From Candidatus Multivoradales bacterium (lineage in GTDB: Bacteria; Acidobacteriota; Thermoanaerobaculia; Multivoradales; J023): a DNA stretch of 64,000 nucleotides. The DNA is taken from NCBI GenBank assembly GCA_965248925.1, contig CBDFLE010000005.1, positions 1,184,001 to 1,248,000 on the forward strand, given 5' to 3'. This document shows, piece by piece, positions 9,952-19,254 of this stretch (the first letter of the stretch is position 1; every line of letters starts with the position of its first letter). A program made the position numbers and the translations under genes. The notes below the pieces were generated by a model. It had not been told where the DNA came from. It ran no database searches and saw nothing but the letters and a program-made list of their open reading frames with translations.

Positions 9952-10049
9952 AAAAACAGACGATTGGAGGTAGATTGAGATTGACACGGTTATAGGTAGG
10001 AAACCGTCTACAAACGCTCGCTGCTCCCTGCCTGCAAACATCAATTCCG

Positions 10050-10466
10050 CTAGATTTGAAACTCGACAGAGCGAGATCTTGAGAGTCGTTTTCCCCCAAC
10101 CATGGTCAGTCGATATTTTCGACCTCTTTCTACAAAAAACGGTGTACCACCGGAGGGAGTAATCACCTCGAAACGAGTCGCCCATTGCGCTGTTGAATTC
10201 TCTCCAATCTTTACTGTCAACCGGCCGATCTTCAGCGAAGCAACCTTCGCCTTCATCCGCCAAACAGTCGTCTTGGTATCGAGGTCATAAAGAGAAATGC
10301 TGGTCACATGCGAAGGGTACTCGCCCAACGTCAGCGCTCCGAATCTAAACTGGTCATCGGTTAGGTCTAGAGTGATCTCCGGCAATCCACTGTCACAACC
10401 CATCAAGATCAGAAGGCAGATCGCAAAGGACGCTATTTGAAGAATTGATTTAGTTACGAATGACAT
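10050..10466 (-). CDS. Putative immunity lipoprotein for upstream Rhs toxin
   Basis: Directly downstream of the Rhs C-terminus, lower GC, hydrophobic N-terminus with lipobox LMGC. Confidence 0.6.
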   Translation of the reverse strand: MSFVTKSILQIASFAICLLILMGCDSGLPEITLDLTDDQFRFGALTLGEYPSHVTSISLYDLDTKTTVWRMKAKVASLKIGRLTVKIGENSTAQWATRFEVITPSGGTPFFVERGRKYRLTMVGGKRLSRSRSVEFQI

Positions 10467-10531
10467 TGAAAATCGTCCCAACCGTCTTGATGAATGACCG
10501 CCATCTCGACACTTTTGCATTCCCTCTCACC

Positions 10532-13500
10532 TCAGTTCGTGTTACAGGAGAGAGACTCTCTGACTTGCTGTTCCAGTCCATCAGGAGTAAAGGATCTCGG
10601 GGCGCCTTCCTGCATTGGTGTTCCCGCTCGGTCAAAGACAATTTGACCAGGAGCATTTGGAACTACTCCAGCACCCTCCAAGGCGTTCTCACACACGCTA
10701 ACACAGGAATTCGAGACAGGGTCGTAGGAGTCAGGATCCGGAACATTGGTTTCAAGAGCGTCCAAGAGTTGACTCTCTTGGCTGTCGTCGATACCTAGTC
10801 GGAGGATCCGAACCTCTCGATCTAGGCTTTCTGCGTTTACGTATGATTCAAGTGATACACCCCAGTCGGAGTCAGAAACAACTGTAGTACCGTATGAGAA
10901 AACCACACCGTCAATCGCAAGGGCAATGTGACCGAACGAATTGGTCTCCACGCGACCGCTAACTACCAAAAACGCCTCAAGACCGTTGGGATCGATCACC
11001 GAGATCGGATTGGCACTTGCATAGAGAAATCTGTTCCAGCTCTGCGGGCTAGATCGCCCAGAGCTTCTGGCCGGATCTACACTCAAGAACCGCCCTACCA
11101 CCGGACTACAATGCCGAGCATGCATATAGTCAAGCTCACTCTTCGCCCCAGCCCCGTTTTTATCCCGTTCATGGCCGGTAAATTTCAGCTGAAACTCATC
11201 CGAGCTAGCGCTGGTCGCCTCCTGCCCAAACGGGTAGTAGCTGTGCAGCGCCACCTGGCTACCGCTCTTGGTCACCTGCCGCGGAGATCCAAGATGATCG
11301 AGATGGAAGCTGTAGGTCTCCTCCACACCGTTCGCGTCGGGGTCAACTGAAGCCAGCAGCTGCCCACCTCGATAGACGTAGTCCCGCTCCCACACGAAGC
11401 TCTCACCCCGCGGATGGCTGAACACCCGCAGCACTTCGTTGCCCAGCCCGCGCAAGGTCCAGGTCTCGCTGGCCGGGCTGCTGACGCAGCTGCTGCCGGC
11501 GGCGCTGAAGCAGCTGAAGGTGACGATGCGCTCGTCGTCAGCGTTGTAGATGTACACGCTCGCCTGGTCGGTGTTGCTTTGCAGGTGCTTCATCATGTTG
11601 GCGGCGTCGTAGGTGTACTCATAGATCTCCGAGCTACTGTAACGCACGCGGGTCAAGTTGCCGCCAGCGTCATAGGTGGTGCCGCTGAGACCGAGGCGGT
11701 TGGTGGCGCTGCTTGGGCTCATGCTCTGGCTGGCGCCGTTGGTGATCATCTGGGTGAGGTTACCGAAGTTGTCATACGACGCGGTTTGTAGGCGGTCGCT
11801 GCTGCCCACCTTGGCTTCGCCGCTGACCAGCCGCTGCAAGCGATCATAGCGATAGGTCAGCGAGCCGATGCGGTGGATGTTGCTCGATCCATCGTAGTCA
11901 AACGTGCCGGTGTCCCAGCCTGCGTTGGTAGAGATGCGCTCGGGCCGGGCGAGGCCGGAGGGATCGACCTGGCGGGTCTCGGTGATGCCGCTCTGGTGGC
12001 TGATCTGGGTCAGCATGCCGCCGCTCTGGTAGCTGAGGCTGGAGGCGAAACCGGGGACCGCGGTGAGGAAGCCCTTGTCGTAGGCGAAGCTCACCTGCCG
12101 CGGTGGGCTGACCTGATCGCAGCTGTCGTTGCTGTGCAGGCAGTCAGGATAGTCGAGGGTCGCGAGGTTGCCTTGCAGATCGAAGGTGAAGCCGGCCTGG
12201 AAGGCGTAGTGGCCGACGCCGAGCTGATAGCGAGTCTGGCGCTCGGACATCCGGCCGCCACGACCCGCGTAGACGAAGCTCTCGGAGACCCGGACATCGA
12301 GGAAGCCGGGATTGGCGTTCAGCGGATTCACCAGATCCACCCAATTGTGGCGGGTGGTCTGCACCAGCTTGCCGGCCCGCTTGTCGAGACCTACGTTCTG
12401 GCGGCCGTAGCGGAACTCCTTCAGCCGGCGTGGGTTGCCCCCGTTGTTCTCGTCGACGCGGATCAAGCGAGCCGCTGGATCATAGAAATAGTCGAGGTCA
12501 AATTCGGTGGAGCCACCGATGCGTTTGCTCAAAACGCTGCCACGAGCATCATAGGAATAGGTCGTGGCGCCGTTGCCCACTGGGCCGACTTCGGGATGGG
12601 TCTCGGAGGTCAGGAAGCTGCGACCGTCATAGTTGAAGAAGCGTTGCTGGCCACAGGTCGATCCAGTCCGATTCTGGCAAACGTGGGTGAGCCGCGAGCC
12701 GGCGTCGTAGGCGTAGCGAGTCAGCAAGCCGCCCGCGTTGCATCTGCCATTCCAGGCCGCCGATCTGCCTTCACAAACCTCGAACAATCGGCCCTGGCCA
12801 TCGGAGATCTCGGTGTTGTAGGTGTCTTCTTGCACTCCGGAGGCGAGCATCACTTTGAACCGCCGCGTCTTGGTGCGTTCGCCCTCGTAGCTGAGGAATG
12901 TGGCCGGCTGGCTTGGTGGGGTGATCCTGCCGGGGCGGCCGAAGTTGTCGTACTGCTCGTACTTGGTGACGCGGCTGTCGGAAGTGGCGTTGAGGGTCCA
13001 CACCGATTCCGCGGTCTTCCAGGCCCGTGGGTTGAAGCTCATGTGGCGGTACCAGCGCACTCCGCCGGGCAACTGCACCTGCTCTTTGACCCGGCGGCCG
13101 AGGCCGTCGAAAGTGTGCTGGCGGTAGGCCAGCAGGCCGGAGCCCGAGCAAGCGGCGGTGGTGACGCATTGCTCTTCGGTCAGCAGCGGCATCAGGTTGA
13201 AGTTGCTCTGGGTGGCCAAACGGTAGGTGTAGCGGCGCACCGCCTCGCTCTCGGGAAACTCGTGGGTCAAGCGGCCTTGCCGGTCATAGAGGAAGTCGAT
13301 CTTGACCCCGGCGCTGTCTCGGCTGCGTTTGACCAAGCCGGTGTTCTTGTCGAGATCGTAGTCGGCCAGTTTGAGCAGCACTTCGCTAGTGGCGCAGGGG
13401 TTGACCACCGTGGAGTTTCTCAGCACGCCGTACTGGTAGCTGTGGTTGGTGCGGTAGAGGGCGCCGGATTGGGCCGGGTTGATGCTGCCGAGGCTTGCGG

Positions 13501-13840
13501 TGCTGATCGCCTGGCTGTCGCCGCCGTATTGCAACTCAGAAGCAACGAAGCCGGTGCTGCCAGCCTGCACGAAGATGCTCAGCAGGTCGTTCGACTGCCG
13601 CGAGCCGCCTGCCAACACCCGGCGTTTGCGTAGGAAGCCGTTGACTAGCGCAAAGTCATACTCGGTGGTCTCGGTGACGCCGTTCTCGGTCACCGATTGC
13701 GAGTTGAAGGTCTCTAGCACCCAGGGCTGGGTCTGGCCGAACATGGCGAAATCGGTGGCCGGGTCGATCGCACCGGTGTCGCTGTTGGCGATCAAGTAGG
13801 AGCCGCGATTCTGGTTGTAGAAGGTCTCGCTCGCGCGCAC
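10532..13840 (-). CDS. Rhs/YD-repeat protein, C-terminal part (continues 13792-15492 across a frameshift at ~13887); permuted papain-like (PPPDE/DUF4105-like) C-terminal toxin
   Basis: YD repeats; Rhs core HLDHLGSPR, YYPFG, FTGHERD, DYMHAR, GRFLSVDP, NPISVIDPNG; C-terminal domain has FGHIAL and YD..SNSC. Confidence 0.9.
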   Translation of the reverse strand: MRASETFYNQNRGSYLIANSDTGAIDPATDFAMFGQTQPWVLETFNSQSVTENGVTETTEYDFALVNGFLRKRRVLAGGSRQSNDLLSIFVQAGSTGFVASELQYGGDSQAISTASLGSINPAQSGALYRTNHSYQYGVLRNSTVVNPCATSEVLLKLADYDLDKNTGLVKRSRDSAGVKIDFLYDRQGRLTHEFPESEAVRRYTYRLATQSNFNLMPLLTEEQCVTTAACSGSGLLAYRQHTFDGLGRRVKEQVQLPGGVRWYRHMSFNPRAWKTAESVWTLNATSDSRVTKYEQYDNFGRPGRITPPSQPATFLSYEGERTKTRRFKVMLASGVQEDTYNTEISDGQGRLFEVCEGRSAAWNGRCNAGGLLTRYAYDAGSRLTHVCQNRTGSTCGQQRFFNYDGRSFLTSETHPEVGPVGNGATTYSYDARGSVLSKRIGGSTEFDLDYFYDPAARLIRVDENNGGNPRRLKEFRYGRQNVGLDKRAGKLVQTTRHNWVDLVNPLNANPGFLDVRVSESFVYAGRGGRMSERQTRYQLGVGHYAFQAGFTFDLQGNLATLDYPDCLHSNDSCDQVSPPRQVSFAYDKGFLTAVPGFASSLSYQSGGMLTQISHQSGITETRQVDPSGLARPERISTNAGWDTGTFDYDGSSNIHRIGSLTYRYDRLQRLVSGEAKVGSSDRLQTASYDNFGNLTQMITNGASQSMSPSSATNRLGLSGTTYDAGGNLTRVRYSSSEIYEYTYDAANMMKHLQSNTDQASVYIYNADDERIVTFSCFSAAGSSCVSSPASETWTLRGLGNEVLRVFSHPRGESFVWERDYVYRGGQLLASVDPDANGVEETYSFHLDHLGSPRQVTKSGSQVALHSYYPFGQEATSASSDEFQLKFTGHERDKNGAGAKSELDYMHARHCSPVVGRFLSVDPARSSGRSSPQSWNRFLYASANPISVIDPNGLEAFLVVSGRVETNSFGHIALAIDGVVFSYGTTVVSDSDWGVSLESYVNAESLDREVRILRLGIDDSQESQLLDALETNVPDPDSYDPVSNSCVSVCENALEGAGVVPNAPGQIVFDRAGTPMQEGAPRSFTPDGLEQQVRESLSCNTN

Positions 13841-15492
13841 GTTGCCACTGGCGAAGTTGCCACCGGTGGTGGTGGTGCGGAAATGGCCAGGCCATCGAAG
13901 TCCGAGTGGGTGACCTCGCGGAACTTGTCGCCGTCGTCGTGGTAGATGACTTTGCGGTACTTCATCCGGTGGTTGCGGTCGGCGTAGGTCCCGGATGGAC
14001 CGTCGTTCTCATACTCCAGGAAGATCGAGCGGCGCTTGCTGCCGCTGGCCACCGAGCCCTGGTAGATCTCTTGCGACAAGTAGGGCGGGCTGTTGTTGTA
14101 GTAGTCGTTGGTGCCGGGTGTGCAGCGGGTGAAGGGCAGGCCAAAGCCTTGGCGATTAGCGCCCGCGGAGTTAAACCAGTGCTTCGTGTCGTTGCCTAGC
14201 GGGTCGGTCAAGGTGAGCGTGTGGTAGCAGGAGATCTGGCCGGGACCGAGCACTCCTTGGGGATCGTAGTCATAGATCCAGGTGCCGTGGGGCGAGTTTG
14301 GATAGTCGCTGTCTTTCAAGAACGTCGACTTGGTGGCCACGCCGGTGCCGATGTTGGCCCACTCCCGGCCCTCGGGCACATCTGGGCTTTGGGCATGAAA
14401 ATCGATCTGTTGGTACCGCCAGCCGAAGGCGCCATCCGTGGGAAGACGGAGGAACTTGATGCCGCCCGAGAGCTTCTCTCCCGGATTGTCGGTGCGGTAG
14501 TAGTCCATTTGGTAGAACGAGTCGTCGGGCAAGACCAGGCGTTCGAGCAGGCGGACGCCGGAAAGTGTGTCCCCTTCGGGCACACACGAAGGCTGGGCGC
14601 CTTGGCGCTCCAGATCGACCGGGCCGGAGTAGATCAGATCGTAGACGGCGCTTTGATTGTTGAAGGCGGCCAGGGTGACTTTCTCCAGTCGGCCGGCGGT
14701 GAAATCGAGGGAATGACTCCTGTTGGCGGAATCGGTGACGCTCCAATCGCCGCCCGAGGCGTAGGCTATCTTGACCCAATGGCCGAAGCGGTCGAGCATC
14801 TTGGTCACCCGCCAATCGAAGCTGGTGTGGCTGATGTTATGGAATTCATGCATCTCACCACTTGGGAATTCCACCGTCCGGCAATCCTGGTCGAGCAGAT
14901 TCGACGGCGTCTCGCAGGGGCTCGATGCGAATGGGTAGTAGCGCATTCTCAGGTAGGTACTGTCGCGGGTGAACCAGGTGTTGGGCTGGGTGCCGGCGGG
15001 CGGGTAGGTGCCGCTCTGGGCCGGGTGGAGGAAATCGTGGAAGGCGTGTTGCCCGCCGTCAGGGCTCAAATAGGAAAACCCGCTGAAGGGTGGCGCGGGA
15101 TTGCCGCCTTCGGAGCGCACCAACTGGCCAAGATTGACCCGCCACCCCCAGCCAGAATTCGCATCGAGATCTTGAATCGGCAAGTTGTAGGAAACCAGCA
15201 TCTGGTTGGGCGGCGTGCCCTCGGTGCAGCTCTGTTGGTCGTCAAAGTCCCAGCCGCTGGAGTTGTAGGTCAGGGTGAAGCCGTAGCTCAGAGTGGGACC
15301 CACCGGGTAGCTCTGGCCGAGGGGCAGGCGGAGCGACAGATTCCCCGAGAAGAGGTTGATCGAGTCGATGTCGCCGACTTGGAAGGCGGTGTCGGCGGTG
15401 ACGCCCCGCTGGTGGCTCTGGGGCTGTTGCGCGGCGGTCGGCCCGGCGAGGGCAACGTAGAGAAGTGAGGCGATGAGAATTTTCTGTTGCAT
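13792..15492 (-). CDS. Rhs protein, N-terminal part with Sec signal peptide (joined with 10532-13840 gives ~1650 aa)
   Basis: MQQKILIASLLYVALAGPTAA signal; DSINLFSGNLSL..LTYNS..GWGW (DUF6531-like entry). Adding one G restores FDGLGHFRTTTTGGNF. Confidence 0.85.
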   Translation of the reverse strand: MQQKILIASLLYVALAGPTAAQQPQSHQRGVTADTAFQVGDIDSINLFSGNLSLRLPLGQSYPVGPTLSYGFTLTYNSSGWDFDDQQSCTEGTPPNQMLVSYNLPIQDLDANSGWGWRVNLGQLVRSEGGNPAPPFSGFSYLSPDGGQHAFHDFLHPAQSGTYPPAGTQPNTWFTRDSTYLRMRYYPFASSPCETPSNLLDQDCRTVEFPSGEMHEFHNISHTSFDWRVTKMLDRFGHWVKIAYASGGDWSVTDSANRSHSLDFTAGRLEKVTLAAFNNQSAVYDLIYSGPVDLERQGAQPSCVPEGDTLSGVRLLERLVLPDDSFYQMDYYRTDNPGEKLSGGIKFLRLPTDGAFGWRYQQIDFHAQSPDVPEGREWANIGTGVATKSTFLKDSDYPNSPHGTWIYDYDPQGVLGPGQISCYHTLTLTDPLGNDTKHWFNSAGANRQGFGLPFTRCTPGTNDYYNNSPPYLSQEIYQGSVASGSKRRSIFLEYENDGPSGTYADRNHRMKYRKVIYHDDGDKFREVTHSDFDGLAISAPPPPVATSPVATCARARPSTTRIAAPT

Positions 15493-15506
15493 AGTCTTTG
15501 ACTCCT

Positions 15507-15941
15507 TCAGCAGCCGCTGCCGGGGCAGGTGCTATCCCATTGATTGGCATTGCCAGACTCAAAGTTGTCGCCAAAGAGCACGGCGATGGACTTGACGGCG
15601 ACGGTGGCCGAGGTGCTGTGGTGGGTCTCGTCTTCGATGCGGTAGGTCAGGGTGCAGTTGGCATCGATCGACGGGTTGGGGGTCAAGCGGATCAGATCGA
15701 GCACGATCTCGGTGCTCGCCGGGCAGGTGCTGGCGAGGACGGTGACAGTCAGGGCTTCGCCGTCGGGCTCGGTGTCGTTGGCCAGGACATCAATCAGGAT
15801 CGGGGCGGAGGCGGCTTCGGCGTTGTCGCCCGAGGCGATGGGGGTGCTGTTGCATTGGCCGTGGGCGGTGGCGGCGGCGACTGCGACTGCCAGTAGGCAG
15901 GCGGCGTTTAGGATCGAACATCTGGGGATTCTGTCTCTCAA
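15507..15941 (-). CDS. Small secreted Ig-like (Big_9/cadherin-like) protein with C-terminal F.D.FESG..W motif
   Basis: Signal peptide, IDVLANDTEPDGEAL, TYRIED, LFGDNFESGNANQW; lies 14 bp upstream of the Rhs gene. Confidence 0.8.
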   Translation of the reverse strand: MRDRIPRCSILNAACLLAVAVAAATAHGQCNSTPIASGDNAEAASAPILIDVLANDTEPDGEALTVTVLASTCPASTEIVLDLIRLTPNPSIDANCTLTYRIEDETHHSTSATVAVKSIAVLFGDNFESGNANQWDSTCPGSGC

Positions 15942-16196
15942 GGCTACCTCACTTTCTGGAAGATTCTAGATTCGTTCTCTTGCTTGGACTGGCCCTAGGC
16001 CCACCAGGTTCCCGCTCGACTTTGTTTCGTCAAACAAGCTATGGGAAAAGATGTTAGAGACCAAACGGTTCATTTTGGCGGGGCGAAATGAACCGTTTAC
16101 CCTCGATACTCTGATATTCAGAGACCTGGTCAGAGATCTCTCTCTAATTCTTCTCCCTGGACCGGGAAGGTGTTCGGCACCCACTTCGTAGTCCTG

Positions 16197-16730
16197 CTAT
16201 AACTCGACAAAGTTGAAGGGAGGGAACACTCCGGAATTGAAGCGCTGCGCTGCCCGCAGGGCGATCTCCGCCCGTTCGCGTGGCTCCTTGGTGGTGGAGT
16301 CGAGTGCGAACAAAGCGCCGTAGGCAGTCCGCCGCGCGCTGCCGACTGCAAGATAAGGCGTGGCTCCCGACAGAACCTGATATTCAGTGCCAACAGCGAA
16401 CAGGCAACCTTGGACGCCAACCAGGATCGAGCCGTGCTCTCCGAGACCGCGTCTGAACCCTCCGCGCTCGAACGAACTCTGCAAAGCGTCGACGAAGGTC
16501 GTCGCCATGAAACGCTCCAAGTCCGCCTCCGGTGGCTCCGGAAGGTACGCCTCATAGCGCAAGATCTGGCCCATGCGATACGAGGTTGTGAATCCGATGC
16601 CGTAGGCCCCCAAGCGAAGGACTTTCGAGTTGTTGAAGGTGTAGACCTCCTCGTTCCCGGCTGAAGATCCAGCACTGTCGCCAGCCAGAACTACTGCGCC
16701 ATCCTGCGCGATCCCGACAATACAAGTCAC
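16197..16730 (-). CDS. HslV/proteasome-beta-like Ntn-hydrolase
   Basis: N-terminal M-TCIVGI..VVLAGDSAG (Thr nucleophile), NSKV, YLAVGS, AEIALRAA. Confidence 0.75.
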   Translation of the reverse strand: MTCIVGIAQDGAVVLAGDSAGSSAGNEEVYTFNNSKVLRLGAYGIGFTTSYRMGQILRYEAYLPEPPEADLERFMATTFVDALQSSFERGGFRRGLGEHGSILVGVQGCLFAVGTEYQVLSGATPYLAVGSARRTAYGALFALDSTTKEPRERAEIALRAAQRFNSGVFPPFNFVEL

Positions 16731-17154
16731 CGTTTGCCCCCTTTTCCCTCATGGTCAAGACACGAAAATGCAGGGACATAGCCTACCGCCCACTGTCGCT
16801 ATAGCCGAGAATTCCGCAAAATGCCCCCGGAGGCCATACCTAGGCAATTTCGCCCGAGAACCACGGGGCCTCGTGAGGAGGCAGGATGCGATTCGGATCT
16901 ATCGTTATTCCAGACGGTTAGGTGAGCAGGGACCACTGTGCGTTTTTCGGAGCGGTTTGACCTCGCGTGGCGGCTTTCCGCTCCGAATCCACAACCCGAT
17001 ATTGCCGCCTAGAGACCATGGTAGCCTTTTCGCGAAGACTTCAAGCGTTCAAGGTGCAAGGGTCGGCTCCCTCATACGAGGCAGTTGCCCAGACAGGATT
17101 CTGAAGTTGTGGGAGTACGTACTGGGATAGTAGTCATACTGGGAGGAAGAGGCC

Positions 17155-18117
17155 GTGGTCGAAGAAATCCCTTGTTGCCAATTGGATGCTATTGACGACC
17201 TGATCCGCGAAGATCCTCTGGCGGGATTCAGACAGGTGAGTTCGACCCTCGATTCTGCCCGCCTTGATCGCTGTTTGCGAGCACGTACTCTCGACAGGCT
17301 TGGCACGGTCTGCAGAATTCTCAGAGATCTAGAGCGCTCTGATTACAGCTATTCTGAAGCTGCCAAAGCCTGCCAATGTACTGCATGCCACTGGGATCGT
17401 CTTCGTCGGCTAACCTACTTACGGGCTGATCAAGGGCTTCTGCTCGATGCTCAAAAATGCGCGGACGAAGCCATAGAGTCTGCGCCAAACCTGGAGATGG
17501 TTGGCCGTTGCCGGGTAGCCCTCTCCTATGTCCAGGTCCTGGAACGCAACTACAGCCGCGCACTCGAATCGGCCCGCAGAGCAACTCGCGAACTCCCTCG
17601 CGACGATCTTCTCTACATTGTCGGTGCTATCACGACAATCGGCAATTGCGCGCGGCGCATTGAGCCAACACCTGCAACTGTACTCATCCAGGCCCGCAAC
17701 GATCTGCGTGACCTACGGCGAAGGTGGCCGCGAAACTCGCGCTATCGCTCCGCTAGAGGCAAAGTGGCCTGGGTTACCGCGTTTCTGGGCTACCGCCTGG
17801 GAGATGTCGATCCTGGTGAGTTGCGCAGCACTTTGGCAAGGGTACAAAGGCTTCACGTCGAGTTGGGTCTCTTGCGGGACGCTCTGCTGATTACCAGCGA
17901 AGCCGCCGAAGTCTGCGCTGAGATGCAGCGCGAAGATCTGGTGGCGAAAACACTGATCAGGATGCTCGATGCCCTGCCAAGTTCCCTACCACGGCATCTG
18001 ACGGTCGCGGTGCGCGAGTTGCGCCACAGCCTCGATGCCATTGATCGCTGTGCCCTGATCCGCGCTGCGGCAGATCTTCGCAACACTCTGACTCAGCGAC
18101 CGAGCCTGGCGCTCTGA
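17155..18117 (+). CDS. Hypothetical TPR-like alpha-helical protein
   Basis: 320-aa ORF with GAGG RBS; amphipathic helix pairs (LGTVCRILRDL..YSEA, NYSRALESARRA); CxCxxC cluster. Confidence 0.6.
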   Translation: MVEEIPCCQLDAIDDLIREDPLAGFRQVSSTLDSARLDRCLRARTLDRLGTVCRILRDLERSDYSYSEAAKACQCTACHWDRLRRLTYLRADQGLLLDAQKCADEAIESAPNLEMVGRCRVALSYVQVLERNYSRALESARRATRELPRDDLLYIVGAITTIGNCARRIEPTPATVLIQARNDLRDLRRRWPRNSRYRSARGKVAWVTAFLGYRLGDVDPGELRSTLARVQRLHVELGLLRDALLITSEAAEVCAEMQREDLVAKTLIRMLDALPSSLPRHLTVAVRELRHSLDAIDRCALIRAAADLRNTLTQRPSLAL

Positions 18118-19244
18118 TCGTCTGGCCGCATCTTTATCTGTTCATACAGCTGCCGATAGAGCCCGTGTCCCGCCTGCGAGAAAGCTTCGTAATAACCCGT
18201 GAACCACTGAGTGAGGGCCGCGCCGGCAGCTTCGCCGGCCCTTACATCATCCGCCTCAGCAACTCCACCAGTACGGATTAAATGAAACTCCCTCGGTGGT
18301 GAGCATTCAGCCAAGTACGCCGCAGCAGCCTGTATCAGGGCCAAGGACGAGTGCCTTAGCGGTCGACCGCTGATGCCGCCGCCGAAGGTGCTGATGAAGT
18401 AATCGTAGAGGCCGCTTTCGCCAGGCTGGATTGCTGAACGATGCACCGTGTATGCAGTCGAGGTGTTGCCAAAGTTGACCCCGTCGTAGCCTAGCTCTAG
18501 CAACAAGTCGAGGTAGCTTGGCAGCTGCTCGGGCAAGGTGTCGCAGGACAACTTGACAATCACTGGCAAGGGTCGCTCGCGGGCGGCGAGAAAACGCTCG
18601 GAAATCTCTTCCAGACGCTGGCGGAGATCGGCGAAGGCTCCCGGCTCTTGCTCGGTGTTGGGACAACTCTCGTTGATCTCAAGGAAATCCACCGCCGCCT
18701 GATTGTAAGCTTGAAGGCCATCGATCAACTCGCCCAGGCGCTGCTCGCGGCCGATCTCGGGCTCGGGCGACAGGCTCAAGCTGGCACCGATCGGGAACCC
18801 AACAACCCGTGGCAGGCGAGACAGGCGAGCGGCTACCGCTTGGTGACCAGGATTGGGCAGGCCGAGAAAGTTGCTGGCCGCGCCGGAGGCCGGATAGGGA
18901 GCGAAGGGCAGCCTGACTCCATTCTTCTTGTTGCCGCCGCGCGGCCGGCTGGTGGTGGTGCCAGCCAAGTAGGCACCAGCGCCTTGGCGCAGCGCCAGCC
19001 GGTAGCCCTCTCCCCGCTTGTACATGCCCGCGGCATTGAACAACGGGGCGCGGAAGTGTAATCCCCAGAGGGTCTGCCCGAGGTGTTCGGGCTTTATCTG
19101 TAGGGCCGGGGGGCGGCGAGCCAAAGCGGCATTGAAACGCCACCGCGAGCCCGAATAGAGCCGCACCAATAGGGCTGCCGGCAACCGGCCGAGCCAAGGT
19201 CTCAGGCGACCCTCCCAACGCGCGACAAGCTCGATCGGGATCAC
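18093..19244 (-). CDS. pyrD: Dihydroorotate dehydrogenase (class 2-like)
   Basis: NAAGMYK, GTTT..PR.GN, N.LGLPNPG, EINESCPNT, VKLS, GNT, GGISG.PL, TGGV motifs. Confidence 0.88.
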   Translation of the reverse strand: MIPIELVARWEGRLRPWLGRLPAALLVRLYSGSRWRFNAALARRPPALQIKPEHLGQTLWGLHFRAPLFNAAGMYKRGEGYRLALRQGAGAYLAGTTTSRPRGGNKKNGVRLPFAPYPASGAASNFLGLPNPGHQAVAARLSRLPRVVGFPIGASLSLSPEPEIGREQRLGELIDGLQAYNQAAVDFLEINESCPNTEQEPGAFADLRQRLEEISERFLAARERPLPVIVKLSCDTLPEQLPSYLDLLLELGYDGVNFGNTSTAYTVHRSAIQPGESGLYDYFISTFGGGISGRPLRHSSLALIQAAAAYLAECSPPREFHLIRTGGVAEADDVRAGEAAGAALTQWFTGYYEAFSQAGHGLYRQLYEQIKMRPDDQSARLGR

Positions 19245-19254
19245 CAGGGCAGGC

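Noticed and set aside
11873-13633. 586-aa plus-strand ORF (also 14221-15468)
   Set aside because: Antisense to the Rhs gene; typical high-GC shadow ORFs.
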